This document shows positions 34,401 through 38,305 of a stretch of DNA of 44,131 nt, piece after piece. The notes under the pieces were generated by a model, which searched no databases, was not told the DNA's origin, and worked only from the letters and a program-made list of their open reading frames with translations. Both the position numbers and the translations under genes were made by a program. Each line of letters starts with the position of its first letter. Position 1 is the stretch's first letter. Origin of the DNA: a virus (lineage: Duplodnaviria > Caudoviricetes); the IMG/VR virus record IMGVR_UViG_3300042807_000378, positions 1-44,131 of that record; one strand, 5' to 3'.

Positions 34401-34797
34401 AATTACAACTACTGCAAATGCTATTGCTCTGCTAAATCAAGGTGGCACAGTTGCTATTGCTGCTAACGGCAACTTGTTAACAGCAGAAGGTACAAGCTAT
34501 ACAGTATCTTATACAAGTAATGTTACATTCTTCTACGTTAAAGACATTGACGGTGCTAATAACACAATTACTGTAGAAGATGACCTCTTTATGCAGGACG
34601 GAATGTGGGATTACTATAGCTTTGACAACGAGCCATTTGATGAAGATATTACAGAAATTCTAAGCGGTAACGTAACAGTAACCCTAGAGATTCCAACATT
34701 AAACATTGGCTCTAACACAGCACTTAGCTTGGCAGACGTAGCTAACGCAGACTATGCTAATACAGAGAGCTTGATGAAATTCATCCACGGATTGTAA
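13486..34797 (+). CDS. Giant virion protein (gp7-like wedge core with multiple adhesin/receptor-binding inserts), 7103 aa
   Basis: Uninterrupted 21.3 kb ORF after the gp6-like gene. N-terminus KKLPVVLQT...FFESTVEQL and PPIDVDKFINYQEYYW; core motifs GHWRGWYEHYYDTVRPHTHPWEM and WDPFKGVLPG...GKVWWD; G-x-G-Y beta repeats; YHYH and PA14 modules. Confidence 0.8.
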   Translation: MSNKIYKKLPVVLQTTAIKNFFESTVEQLFSKAKVEVVSGYIGSKTGADNGITGYITEPNSDKAHYALSPVVNTINYTTKESEDFIFFDELIDILATYGVDTSNQNKIFGTNFSSFVPPIDVDKFINYQEYYWYPDGPTVIPVAGTLANPVDIERDILGKQYYIPAGSKPFRNGMVVRFTGQYVIPSSELEIDYIVQGVGQGIYLVPRRNQFQTVFSTPVDAPFDGSYFPLNHPDIAHQAGNIASVTVVSQGIGYVAPTVSITGSNTNVAVATANVTANGAITGIAISDSGQGYTGFVGVELTDINIAYDIDPANIFTSSNVVVTSDIFLTADPANVRVGQSVTGIASGIVSKKFNSAEVKGYFGTYLTVPTANVNTATETFTYPNHGLADDDEVIYDAGGSTPIGSILNGGRYKVLVVDTNNFQLKEPSDPSTIVFIADSGNNSQGFIKKSNTFTVTSVNDGSLESGMMLHHNDLVYKTKIVSQLSGSTGSTGTYRVDVENSTVHTFPETFTVKPTVVLSQGVELEIESVTADSELTFAGRDFVADINYEWEGTPAIGNITISGTTLSVIDLNGGGTVKVGMVLSATGLLPHTIVVSGSGSTWTVNKAQSITTATAFTGYPAGSRLGINPANGEYYLMGGQWSYDKNDLDDDEFDGDALWDAGLNASPPEYLTVQRGSENKNIWSTINFWYHKENFKDAGMELPSSSFRANRPIIEFDRRLELYNHGKRGVGSVMVACTQYTIDEIRGKPTGLLIDSTPIEKQSIIFPNEQPDIAKYVYVAYTDLSTETITVARAPHPELNPIGAVDGDINFVPWELTVDDVLLVRSGAENIGTEYRYTTAGMKLCQRKVNVNQPPLFNLYDVDGNYLGDEGIYPNNNFEGNKIFSYAVGTGADDKVLGFPLSWTAFKASSEINFTVNMAEENYQHTYEPFGGTLSITMGYKFYKLELDGEVELLSMMVPSDTNTRQRLVSKFTIDRFDLDNTRREFWIGCVPDLRSDSSYDIDVFVNGIKRTDWQYGVFNAGYIVFDTFDFEKGDFIEVSAFASDGQLVVSDKAITKFELPLSWKTNVTKEEITSTSSPEFTQHFKNYMERQVGFEGDALQINNFSSTPKDVAYATDIVVTDQDLILGALLLDDQPHNLVDAIRFNAEEYIKYKARLKKEISGYYTLFDTNGLSNEFILEKVLRNIISFNVGREVFNRTYVIPYGDNYVEERFEINDVNTSEFVSSNYTDLNKIENSLLVYHVNADTFETTLLNVDKDYTITSFNPIIIELTGTISVDLDDEIVLKLYNEERDSAQCPPTPSILGIYPLFEPRIETDNSFQTPIQVLVGHDGSKTTLFGDRRDEILLEFEKRVFNSAKAEFRSANALPELNIYTLKPGAFRDTGYETTEWSSLMRYYFSNWAVANKIDFVTNEFYTDSNEWTWNYRGNTSLPGHWRGWYEHYYDTVRPHTHPWEMLAFFEKPSWWDNQYSTDYSSNNTAMWDDLEEGIIRQGRRENVTADAYLINNSYRREGLHLVLPVDTNGDLRTPKDIITTGTTTRTSVWSNSKASGLDYRLNSFVTVDGLNVSSDSSNIYISGRNKTNHIVDVETNAVGFGPIEEQDISYNLPKVNLNLVSSSPTEMPDYAVAVLVNGVSLYNPKSTKSWNDIGIWHYNNGLIESYNELSTFSHSTVGGLFHYHAITPDVIGLTTGTIEVDGALKWDPTVHSPIVGWAFDGLPIYGPYGYNEYKSDNTPVNASDIVNIKSPWVLRQGTRSVAPGGAYTGMFVEDYEIDATKVGQSGYTNQFNLRYGTTPDSPSTPIWFYVVTVDNTGKPMFPYAIGGGYATHSSSTKTWAGKYYAAAQDLSTNTLSTGPVVAATPALTSTLQITFATTEARNDSWKFGDGAPAENAWKYSEAYPFAVAEALLLAKPGKFATEFADPTKLYRPTANKKYKLSVNTNYPWVFTSSADFEIHGDKDVNGNFITNIGYTQLINTWLRFQGLSPESDFITKVRSLNTKLGHRMSGFIDKDTMTLRTDQYSNEGSATSLVIPQENITVNVHSSPYKSRNFYSGVIIEKTIDGYKVRGYDKNLGYFNTLQSDKNKGRERISVGGAPAQFVDYSQNTTYKQTTIVRYKGAYYSAKETFKTGTTFEAVKWRRLGVLPQIGAATGTLYQQTTGNIIKVDYESVYDNTEDLYDFLISLGRFHESQGYTFGNFDETIGEVRDWTYAAKQFLFWTTGVWEIGNTLELSPMANKVTFVAPRGFIAKINRTDRSQFNIVNQNGIAINPTDCEIVRQDNNIEIVPPAGEQIYGVVLFTKEIEHAFVIDNSTQFGDVIFNPTLNQGHSRLKIKTTRTAGWDGRFLSQGFVIEGDSLKPNLDNMAESLGRYHELGFIPVEKQLYEASRAVFGFEKKQYLTELDILDDQQYDFYSGMLHSKGTTSSLERIGTVVPALSRSPSSEINVYDEWALRVADFGDTNQDQPIELKFDRIDQVQDPQLFTLAFPEDTTNIVEKIDVLERKHKYFNVPQIVISAPVRSNGVRATAEATLNSLGEIDSITVTNTGSGYGEIVGVTVIAGEIVVDSDELTFETVRALSTSYISTTSASLTGNLSITDFSGTSNVTTSINLSTGITDIGTLISTVNSANAGVTAYAIRSDVNVGGSVVSKYTLELRGNAFTIDSADANLYLDATVDVYQDNVHYTNTVGSGYRYEPRQRFGFEVANNTVKADVTVSVNGVTLGDSLWDYDAGDRWKISTASVVDENNSLTITLNDGLVNSETTLANENYTTISNNNYPFVDVYVNGVLIENAPDETVYTLTASTVEFANISLLPKSVLTSLPDPSTKTSRFVLAGQSNVFVVEKGTIDLTNNYKGDITGSTISIKVETHDHIAIKLGTRRNYEITPDATDDDIILIDIDDASRFLRKPIGSRENNLWPTLRNVDAYGLNTEKYARVPNAGYVNPANINFMAYDIASLPDLFDDTVIIKPAGGSLIHMAEDESKDWNVYKLASIGSRVSFIESAPGTNEAVLFTDRSLFAYLDTNLIGNDNTSKYMDYYLTLKNANLSDSVVIWTNETIIQQKKALIKDPQPPKMVEARIKSIGPHPDSLVSITNILPVSSKVYRGATASASSPSNVVTISGVTNSDIRNGDAVQLVAGESTDYTFNANVTFNSVGNVTVDSANITFVTAPSFVTLLCDGDSTANGNIYYVKSKNVSASTFVIESDYFEDASVVAGLGNVRYVTSTFVDYGSTSNHYIASNATTNSFTIELSGVAGGIVDVRHMNLTKLVTSSNHSLSPGDVVKVYANAWTGAYAITSAPEANSIIISAPYTVDDKITGTLVKRGMQIRTTDPHGITKSTVELNKRVAVHFASPKVYNKVYRISSVGSDTINVLDDFAVNDTTSVYFDVASGFANNTSNTFTISRRPLLQSTTVLYASNTQPVMAGDYYIDENLSNTTITFKNRILNDDANISTGFVVIREPIAPDFRYPVLTTVDHTKVTLNNSVVNISSYNNPKGMIESINRAIRLRRSSVSQDSSGKLNVSFNMLNDFKTPVTIPNTDIKAKSGTIHNYGPYVRDEQALTELIGSASPVKVAGEMKISDAVEFERDDKFDTGPTYVGPLKGMRYTAPGGVIFYWDLKLRKYLPVYETISSSVAPGLERELLTATSVSDGSEPATNVAVDDGNNNIDVEAQKPKTPRGHVDGAKVLIIVPGTAESNPSDPATKAVKWSQYDMSETVVYDTVTYPRWRLKTSEVWQFEVYEAVENDAGNVYYILVDIVPADLAITYDYFATVSAYNNFEGSITEDSYYVVGGTEQSADASIAWDSSRIDKSNNFNYIDIAPVEPAFFVGKQIIPEPFAIKGGNGTSGAANFVFMPKDVVIGSSTINNETIVLVTSPGHNSFLMWQPGITPGKWEPTEAGPGLLEGSGGAEVAWGYGRGYYSAGDNHVPDFWNTEDINTASTEDGSTFVTFPDVTNPYPGYSEKGWNTRQPRFKYSKQFKVFPLQSSDTEFEYFDPANDKPGDETITKVRPEEVFVACFWTEPYTYVNQMIGFDYNNPDNDGNPTPVYSNYEGTITRVKYIRLTELPADAVLRRPIADTGWGGEKWRNIITDDVILPGETVPEGYASPEGYGSFAPYVTLTGGSTGEEDEGATPTGSAPRLAAQRIRQIGLGQGFGRGSPQPYSAVTLVDEKNLTPPAPVLTGAVLEGLPSRCDVRAPNPVPPKNTIVGPCTVRPVVPKTGLLTEKTDAVGVDEEHIIKVQGKTQFLLIFDFSYDDGAGNKSVNGITIEQSDTADFSSGVKRYIIDTQANLGSIGETNGDQIGRYGFDTVPGLNSIIYKPAENALGVLTQRVIDNPLNKFNTTAGRTIAATATNATTGKVLGVSGFGFLSKTIDCSQGQYIRITVSKGSANKTGKYALFVRYFTDAPSEVEQALNEISVEACNESGSRAYKEGGLVTGYTWQKSSGKSIFKQVLGAVEGVAKTALEGAVGFVAGAGVGIGVASALALSATGVGAIVVLGAAFLGAIGSILGGLFGKKKKGQGAGYFGSWKKKTSTFGVNEDNIYFPYSRPTQGMISGGVDSNAYVGGGAKQLDSFKLAVLQGGQVAEYSTVEFKGYFLAPKSGTYNFTMESDDGSWLWVSPEDDLSGEEYYKSDGDHPELGERNYTWQNAIVKNGGLHANKSASGSIYLKGGKLYFVRGIYGNGEKDGNFSVSIAGPGYNGPLQFGSRSCPEDDCGKFRAGEMKDLDPVMKAVMEKLCPDTSTFNPVTPGSTNGTGVQASTDYYTYGNYNVSGDMYGGGKGWLDFQNMQVNFSGFSQPGLTGYNFMPASFKKPTSKKVVDPQKYGYSESLENGRYVNATSQRVTGGFTIPLAKKLTVASRVPTPLRSYEIVDQPWYRPNTKTLGDLNQTLRNINYAPKKISNSITLNGVPVNNITTDANSVNGDNSVTITTLNEIPATVASNTNDVVIELGPTAEVPVQDAQLDNTNITFTKVPTINITPLAYGPNGEFVPAGPTAVANIFRPTPQVKIDANDLRTVAPGSELFMSANGTTGARLLFVPGTTPRDIASQIKCNQSGLDANVQVNADGTESLIVRSCSDNAIAIKNGCGGGTLKRVGDFHVVRGFEQTVTTTNTESCSSNATVLSPSSGYGNASSIQTPVVSYTLYDCGGNSTIFVPDSEIDTETGAVLPSKTSTTTTSSTYMSGGSGYKIGDRLRLLGGTPTNNTRGPIGSVCINSAGAGYNNPANLRISFGGDNSPGTGAAAEVTSIDETNGSITGIRMLNYGVGYDVKNPPTVTITDISPRGPTAYLTVDAANLEGLTYYYNDIIEVQNHSQIDTTTIGSGSTFYRVVADNIVLGAVTTIDTANISNFEYTELLDEVGALTVEVSNASLISGKIVEGGVITLLVTGDGTAAGNTAQNYLDNVAFTVESVSGETITIKDSYFNANVVSNISVLEFSLREPIESAVATGALRKIADQRMPLVPAEITARVGVVDRDNPLADPTDRDTNPNGTPTEFAFIKGYKSLAGPLRVAKFIVTGVDGNGAITSLRVIDRGLYKVFPADLTQGIPLEYDYDFLGSPSWINSNNLGVIDPSDPNNTAYGTGHPEYGTPTNNVDPFYQGKHPNIITRSDGTEIRAQYPEFKWDPKTDTWVSYTGSPGAYDPQTSVLIDGEYLPKQYDIVFDPLDPDVTQTFGTYRQPLRVAGGTGARVFLTAEEVPDCSEKGRAKEDLGLPDQIADINVPEALADALNNALAGAGYLPEDISFKPVPVAPGVGKLNLSTGYPSVNIDTNTPGFPEKLGIELGDYNTGMLCIEAEFVEPNMSDSKLATEYEKLYESGPFGLLSQEDVAKYTTTEALAAQAAPPTIMSLLCVDAIKTDGPIEPNPDKFISKFDRFNPTLLASDGFGADGGVTYVSEYYKYDIRNIFGSTVTLQGKNQQNVNVYVFESQRYETVDDYNENKLYISGLEQENNELPNVWIDSYSNQDPANISMPDFIDGGWAYLEDGVPQRWQTPMVDVNYVKNALMYDPNTGNKTVQFDLWDPFKGVLPGFIANEIHYINENDPVNYNNARTRFGVNNVGKVWWDTSSVKYMWYEQGSNRERWVNWGRTFPGSAITICEWVESKALPQNWNGNGTPRWPDKYIAERRIDPETGKYVTYYYYWVQNRTVVDNRIKRSLGRQFDTETLARYIANPVGYGLTMASFISNESFVLHNVSSHMREENVIQINVSRNTTSDGIKHTAWKLVRENDNNSIVPEHISEKLIDSLCGVNAIGQIVPDPILSEVERYGIAFRPRQTLFKDLKAARRTFRSVVNELLRDLKLETQYSTWSSTLPDTLRHLERVNWYEVERIDNYSNTKIRYDSSYKPIFNVGSVGELYTLKNLPDGAVIQVKSSTSDRPQLWMFIAASNDFKLISIKNETLQVNRSIITAAISTTIEYELRILMNILRDPIFNDIGLWNKVFFEMLKYASAEQPQLNWAFKTSYLYIEKDEEDLIPTVGFKPDNFARIIEYMNEVKPFTAKIREYRDGKRPPIETIGATMVSDFDKPPYIDRELGIVRVLDDFSQNDANIMFFDNAYSNYFSITNKGESVFRHNNTTLVFDRTNYQLTQFGHNASTTPINLSIARNIANLNQMTEAQITANAQMRAIDRIFKFDSEVRFAFAAEVSSHYNDITAGSNTSITTNATMLYNIINSGNLAVTLDLVKEKVGGGWRGETIDANVFSKVVAGLDPTDNFLTNFGWDTDPWDAHAFDRTVEVNNYEGIFSELTQGNITLRRNNETYEGFDGATFKKILYGEERPEEMALLDPLESLIIDVYTSPYADGNTSTAPVSPDAVAVKYRMHQNLFGDTEFIRISSNNTATITSNVHTYSTEITVDDASIFQTPRPGDPGVIWIGTERVLYERKDGNTFSQLTRGSAGTSVQDHLIKDIYGNDVTITVIEGSEEETFNRLDTNRAVWLEIGSEFYTYETYSVSNVAYADVEYADTNANATIATVGTNQLTITTTANAIALLNQGGTVAIAANGNLLTAEGTSYTVSYTSNVTFFYVKDIDGANNTITVEDDLFMQDGMWDYYSFDNEPFDEDITEILSGNVTVTLEIPTLNIGSNTALSLADVANADYANTESLMKFIHGL
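18300..18960 (+). other. YHYH-like domain within the giant protein
   Basis: AVLVNGVSLYNP...GLFHYHAI...HSPIVGWAFDGLPIYGPYGY...GMFVEDYE...FPYAIG. Boundaries are approximate. Confidence 0.75.
27232..27580 (+). other. PA14 (GLEYA-like) carbohydrate-binding domain within the giant protein
   Basis: EYSTVEFKGYFLAPKSGTYNFTMESDDGSWLWV...NGGLHA...SGSIYLKGGKLYFVRGIYGN, with the SDDG Ca/sugar-binding motif. Confidence 0.85.
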
Positions 34798-34830
34798 AAT
34801 TAAGTGCTAGTTTAAAAAAAGTGATAAATA
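34798..34830 (+). promoter_or_regulatory. Extended late promoter, copy 3
   Basis: aattaa-gtgctag-tttaa-aaaaag-tgataaata. ATG follows 5 nt later at 34836. Confidence 0.75.
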
Positions 34831-34835
34831 AACGT

Positions 34836-35495
34836 ATGTTAGACATTGACGATAAAGACGAAGGCAAAGAGAATATGCAAGAGCAAGATACTCAAAAGAG
34901 TAAGCCAGATGATGTTGCGGGTATTAGCCTAAGCGGACATATCCTTATCCGCGACAAAGAAACGGGCGAAGAACTCATCAACAAGCGTAATGCTATCCAT
35001 TACGGAAATATGGCTAACTTAATTGCTAATGCTTTGAACAATGCACAGGGTGCTTATATTCACTATATGGCGTTTGGAAATGGTGCTACTAGCGTAGATA
35101 CAGCAGGTAGAGTAATTTACAAATCACCACGTGTAAGCGAAGCATACGAAACTGGAGCCAATCTGTACAGTAGAACTTATTATAAGATTATCTCAGCTGA
35201 TACTGCTACAGACAAGATTCAAATTATTCCTGGACCAAGCTACACTGATATCAAAGTGACTTGTACCTTAGGATATGCTGAACCCAGTGACCAAGACTTA
35301 TTTGACGACAGCACAACAAACGAAGGCGACTATATTTTTGACGAACTTGCACTGTTTAGCTATCCTAGCGATCCAACAGACGATACACCGATCAATACTA
35401 GTACTATGCTTACCCATGTAGTTTTTCACCCTGTACAAAAGTCACAAAACAGAATTATTGAGGTAATCTACACTGTCAGAGTACAGTTGAGCTAA
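34836..35495 (+). CDS. Virion structural / baseplate-associated protein, ~219 aa
   Basis: Motifs GHILIRD..NAIHY, MAFGNG, FDELALF and LTHVVFHPVQKS.NR.IEV.YTVRVQ resemble baseplate/tail-fibre-anchor proteins. The GTG at 34821 lies inside the promoter, so ATG 34836 is preferred. Confidence 0.65.
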   Translation: MLDIDDKDEGKENMQEQDTQKSKPDDVAGISLSGHILIRDKETGEELINKRNAIHYGNMANLIANALNNAQGAYIHYMAFGNGATSVDTAGRVIYKSPRVSEAYETGANLYSRTYYKIISADTATDKIQIIPGPSYTDIKVTCTLGYAEPSDQDLFDDSTTNEGDYIFDELALFSYPSDPTDDTPINTSTMLTHVVFHPVQKSQNRIIEVIYTVRVQLS

Positions 35496-35516
35496 AATTA
35501 TTTGAGGGAATAAGAA

Positions 35517-37082
35517 ATGCCATATACATTTAACAACAGCGACGGTAGTGTTTCAACAACAGTTGCTGACAGTACGATAGATACCAGTACCTATGCACTA
35601 GCATTGGTTGGTAGAAACGTATCAAACTACGGTCTATACTTTGCACAGAATGCTGTGCGTCAATTAGAAAACTTTGCTAGTGCAACAGCACCTAGTGCAA
35701 GTACAACACTAACTGGTCAAGTTTGGTACGACAAGACAGAAAATCTGTTGCGTGTATACGACGGTACACGCTGGAAAAGATCAACAGGTATTGTTGTAGG
35801 ATCTACACAACCTACAACTAATCTAGCAGCAGGTACATCATGGTTTAATATTGTTGATGATAAACTACGTGTGTATGATGGTAGTAGTTTTAAGATTTCA
35901 GGTTATGCAGGTGAAGTTTCTAGTGCATATCAAAGTACAAGTAACATAGGTAATCCCTCTAACTATGGTACTAAGCTACGCAATATTTTCTTAAAAGATA
36001 GCACAGGTGTTGACCGTGCAGTTCTGGCACTAACATATGCAAACGATTCCTCAAGTCCTTCAGTTAACGTTGGTAGTACTACTACTAACTATGGTGCTGA
36101 AACTATTATGGCTATCTTCAGTGACCACGCAGAATTTACAGCAGCTAACTCAAATAGCAACACAGAAGGCGAAGATCGTAACTGGTATGCTGAACTAGTT
36201 GGTACAGGCGGCATTGGCGCAGTTATTCGTCCTGGTTTGAACCTACGCACTGAATATGATACAACATCACTAGCACTCAGTGAAAGAGCTTTCCGCGCAG
36301 ATGCAGCATATAGACTAAACTTAGGTAGTGTTGGTAGTGATGGTGCTAATATTTCCGCAACTGAAGTAATTCATACAGGCAGAAGCTATACACCAGATGC
36401 TACGAATACATATAACATTGGTAGTTCAAGCTATAGATTTGCTGATACATTTACAGGAACAGTATATGTAGGTAATGGCACTACTGGCGCGATTTTTAGC
36501 GCAGGTAACGTTGCAATTGGTAACAGTAGTTCACGTATCAGTACAATTCATACATCTTCATTAAATGTAAACGGTACTGTGAGTTTTGCAACAGGATCAG
36601 CGACAGACGCTGTAACAACAGCAACACCGAATACACTTGTTCTACGCGACAGTGCAGGTAGTTTTGCTGCAAACGTTGTTAGTGCAGTTGCTACTGCGGC
36701 ACGTTACGCTGACTTAGCAGAAATTTATGCTAGTGACGAAGATTATGCCCCAGGAACAGTAATTAAACTAGGCGGCAGTGCAGAAATTACACAAACAACA
36801 AGTGTCGAAGACATGAATGTGTTTGGTGTTATTTCAACTGACCCTGCTTACTTAATGAATAGCGAAGCAGCTGGTTTACCAGTAGCACTAAAAGGTCGTG
36901 TTCCTGTTAAGGTAGTAGGTAAAGTATTAAAAGGCGAGAGACTGGTAAGCAGTCACTTACCAGGTGTAGCAATGGCGATTGGATTTAGTGAATACGATCC
37001 AAGAAAAGTTATTGGTAGAAGTCTTGAGCAGAAAGATAACGACGATTTAGGTGTCGTTGAAGCTGTGATAGGCGTGAAATAA
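35517..37082 (+). CDS. Tail fibre/spike-like protein with C-terminal intramolecular chaperone (peptidase G2-like) domain, 521 aa
   Basis: N-terminal LVGRNVSNYG..QNAVRQLENFAS..P...GQVWYD virion motif. C-terminal YADLAEIY..PGTV..GVISTDPAYLMN..PVALKGRVPVKV..G..LVS from 36705. Confidence 0.75.
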   Translation: MPYTFNNSDGSVSTTVADSTIDTSTYALALVGRNVSNYGLYFAQNAVRQLENFASATAPSASTTLTGQVWYDKTENLLRVYDGTRWKRSTGIVVGSTQPTTNLAAGTSWFNIVDDKLRVYDGSSFKISGYAGEVSSAYQSTSNIGNPSNYGTKLRNIFLKDSTGVDRAVLALTYANDSSSPSVNVGSTTTNYGAETIMAIFSDHAEFTAANSNSNTEGEDRNWYAELVGTGGIGAVIRPGLNLRTEYDTTSLALSERAFRADAAYRLNLGSVGSDGANISATEVIHTGRSYTPDATNTYNIGSSSYRFADTFTGTVYVGNGTTGAIFSAGNVAIGNSSSRISTIHTSSLNVNGTVSFATGSATDAVTTATPNTLVLRDSAGSFAANVVSAVATAARYADLAEIYASDEDYAPGTVIKLGGSAEITQTTSVEDMNVFGVISTDPAYLMNSEAAGLPVALKGRVPVKVVGKVLKGERLVSSHLPGVAMAIGFSEYDPRKVIGRSLEQKDNDDLGVVEAVIGVK

Positions 37083-37090
37083 AATAAATA
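37083..37090 (+). promoter_or_regulatory. Putative late promoter core AATAAATA
   Basis: Intergenic match to the ATAAATA late box, upstream of RBS AGGAG (37103) and ATG 37113. Confidence 0.5.
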
Positions 37091-37112
37091 GTGTAATAAT
37101 TTAGGAGAGCAC

Positions 37113-38153
37113 ATGGCTTCAGGTTCAACAATTACATCGGGCGGAATGACAACAATGACCCAGGTTGTCGCAGGCACTGATACTGTTGCTCCTGCCGATT
37201 TCAACAATGCAAGAACTAACGTTAACGCATTGCTAGGAAGCGCGGCAGACGTAACACTTGGTACATATACTGCAAACAGCACGTATGGTTATACTCAGGG
37301 CGGTGCAGGCGTAAGTGCCGCTAGCTCGGGCGGGTTAGTTTATGCAGATAATGCTACAGGTGGCTTCAAACGTCTACAAGACGATGTGCAGTCATTGTGT
37401 GCATTTTTGGGTCAGACAGTTCGTACAGGGGTTGGCTCTGACGTAACAACATCTACATCAATCACTGCAACTACATGGAACAACTTAATGTTAAACATTA
37501 AGGATTGTTGGGATAACAGATTTAGTCCAGCAAGCACTTCAAACGTTACAGCAAATAGTGCTACAAGATCAACAGCTTGGGCAAGCACATTAACAGAAGA
37601 AACTACTTGGACTTTTGGCAGTGAAGCAGCTTGCCGCGCATTTTTTAATGCAGGCGGCGCACTAGGTGTAAGTTCAAGCCGTTCAGGTGGTAGTGCAAGT
37701 ACACAAAACACCGACTGGACAAACTTACTAAGTGCAATGGGTACAGTGTTAATGAATTATAACGACACTAGTGCTAGCTCAGGTACAAGTGCAGGAATTG
37801 GTTTTTATGAATTATCTACTTCATATCAACAGCTATTCATTAAATACGGTTCAGGCGCATATGCTTCAAACTACTTTAGATTAGAAGGTAAGGTTAATAG
37901 CACTACTGATCCTACTGTAGTTACACTAAAAGCTACATGGTACGATCCATACACAGCAGCGGCCGCGGCAGCAGCCGATGGCGCTATTGGTCCAGACGGT
38001 GTTCCGAGTACAGGCGACGATGCTAGCGGATACACTGATAGCATCGATGGTACACTAACATTAAATGCTATCCGTAAGCAGCCAAATGCAAACGGTTCGA
38101 GCATTAGTATTACTGCACCAACAGATAGTGTAGGCGCAATCAGCGGATCATAA
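37113..38153 (+). CDS. Virion structural protein, Ser/Thr/Ala/Gly-rich, 346 aa
   Basis: Strong RBS. The motif FGSEAACRAFFNAGG..TDWTNLL..GIGFYELSTSYQQLF is recognised from large-myophage tail-associated proteins. Confidence 0.6.
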   Translation: MASGSTITSGGMTTMTQVVAGTDTVAPADFNNARTNVNALLGSAADVTLGTYTANSTYGYTQGGAGVSAASSGGLVYADNATGGFKRLQDDVQSLCAFLGQTVRTGVGSDVTTSTSITATTWNNLMLNIKDCWDNRFSPASTSNVTANSATRSTAWASTLTEETTWTFGSEAACRAFFNAGGALGVSSSRSGGSASTQNTDWTNLLSAMGTVLMNYNDTSASSGTSAGIGFYELSTSYQQLFIKYGSGAYASNYFRLEGKVNSTTDPTVVTLKATWYDPYTAAAAAAADGAIGPDGVPSTGDDASGYTDSIDGTLTLNAIRKQPNANGSSISITAPTDSVGAISGS

Positions 38154-38229
38154 TAGTTAACAACACCCAAACTGCCTCTTAACAATGCACACTATGCGGG
38201 TTTCTTAAAGAGTAGAGTAATTCATACTA

Positions 38230-38261
38230 AAAAGCCAGTATTTACGGATACTGGCTTTTTT
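38230..38261 (+). repeat. 32-bp direct repeat copy 1, a bidirectional rho-independent terminator
   Basis: AAAAGCCAGTATTTACGGATACTGGCTTTTTT: stem GCCAGTAT/ATACTGGC, T-G closing pair, TACG (UNCG) loop, T6 tail. Identical to 38579-38610. Confidence 0.95.
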
Positions 38262-38265
38262 ATAT

Positions 38266-38273
38266 TATAAGTA
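38266..38273 (+). promoter_or_regulatory. Putative late promoter TATAAGTA
   Basis: One mismatch from the T4 late box TATAAATA. Lies 4 nt after the terminator repeat, the same offset as CTTAAATA after copy 2. Confidence 0.55.
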
Positions 38274-38305
38274 TTAATGTGAAGAACACAAGGAGAAATA
38301 AACTT

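Noticed and set aside
13486-34797. Intein or intron explaining the giant ORF
   Set aside because: I saw no Hint-domain splice motifs and no LAGLIDADG/HNH motifs. The inserts look like adhesin modules.
3137-37711. Many 60-156 aa antisense or off-frame ORFs inside the large genes (e.g. 5680-6036, 28356-28802, 32601-33071)
   Set aside because: These are shadows of strongly biased sense-strand codon usage, with no recognisable RBS, promoters or motifs.
35517-38153. Diversity-generating retroelement target or invertible tail-fibre cassette
   Set aside because: No reverse transcriptase or recombinase, and I noticed no TR/VR near-duplicate or inverted crossover sites in the window.
38154-38229. 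Twister or other known self-cleaving ribozyme
   Set aside because: There is a superficial TAA..GC..GGT..AAG..GAG resemblance, but the P4 stem and pseudoknot partners cannot be formed. Kept only as a generic structured-RNA candidate.
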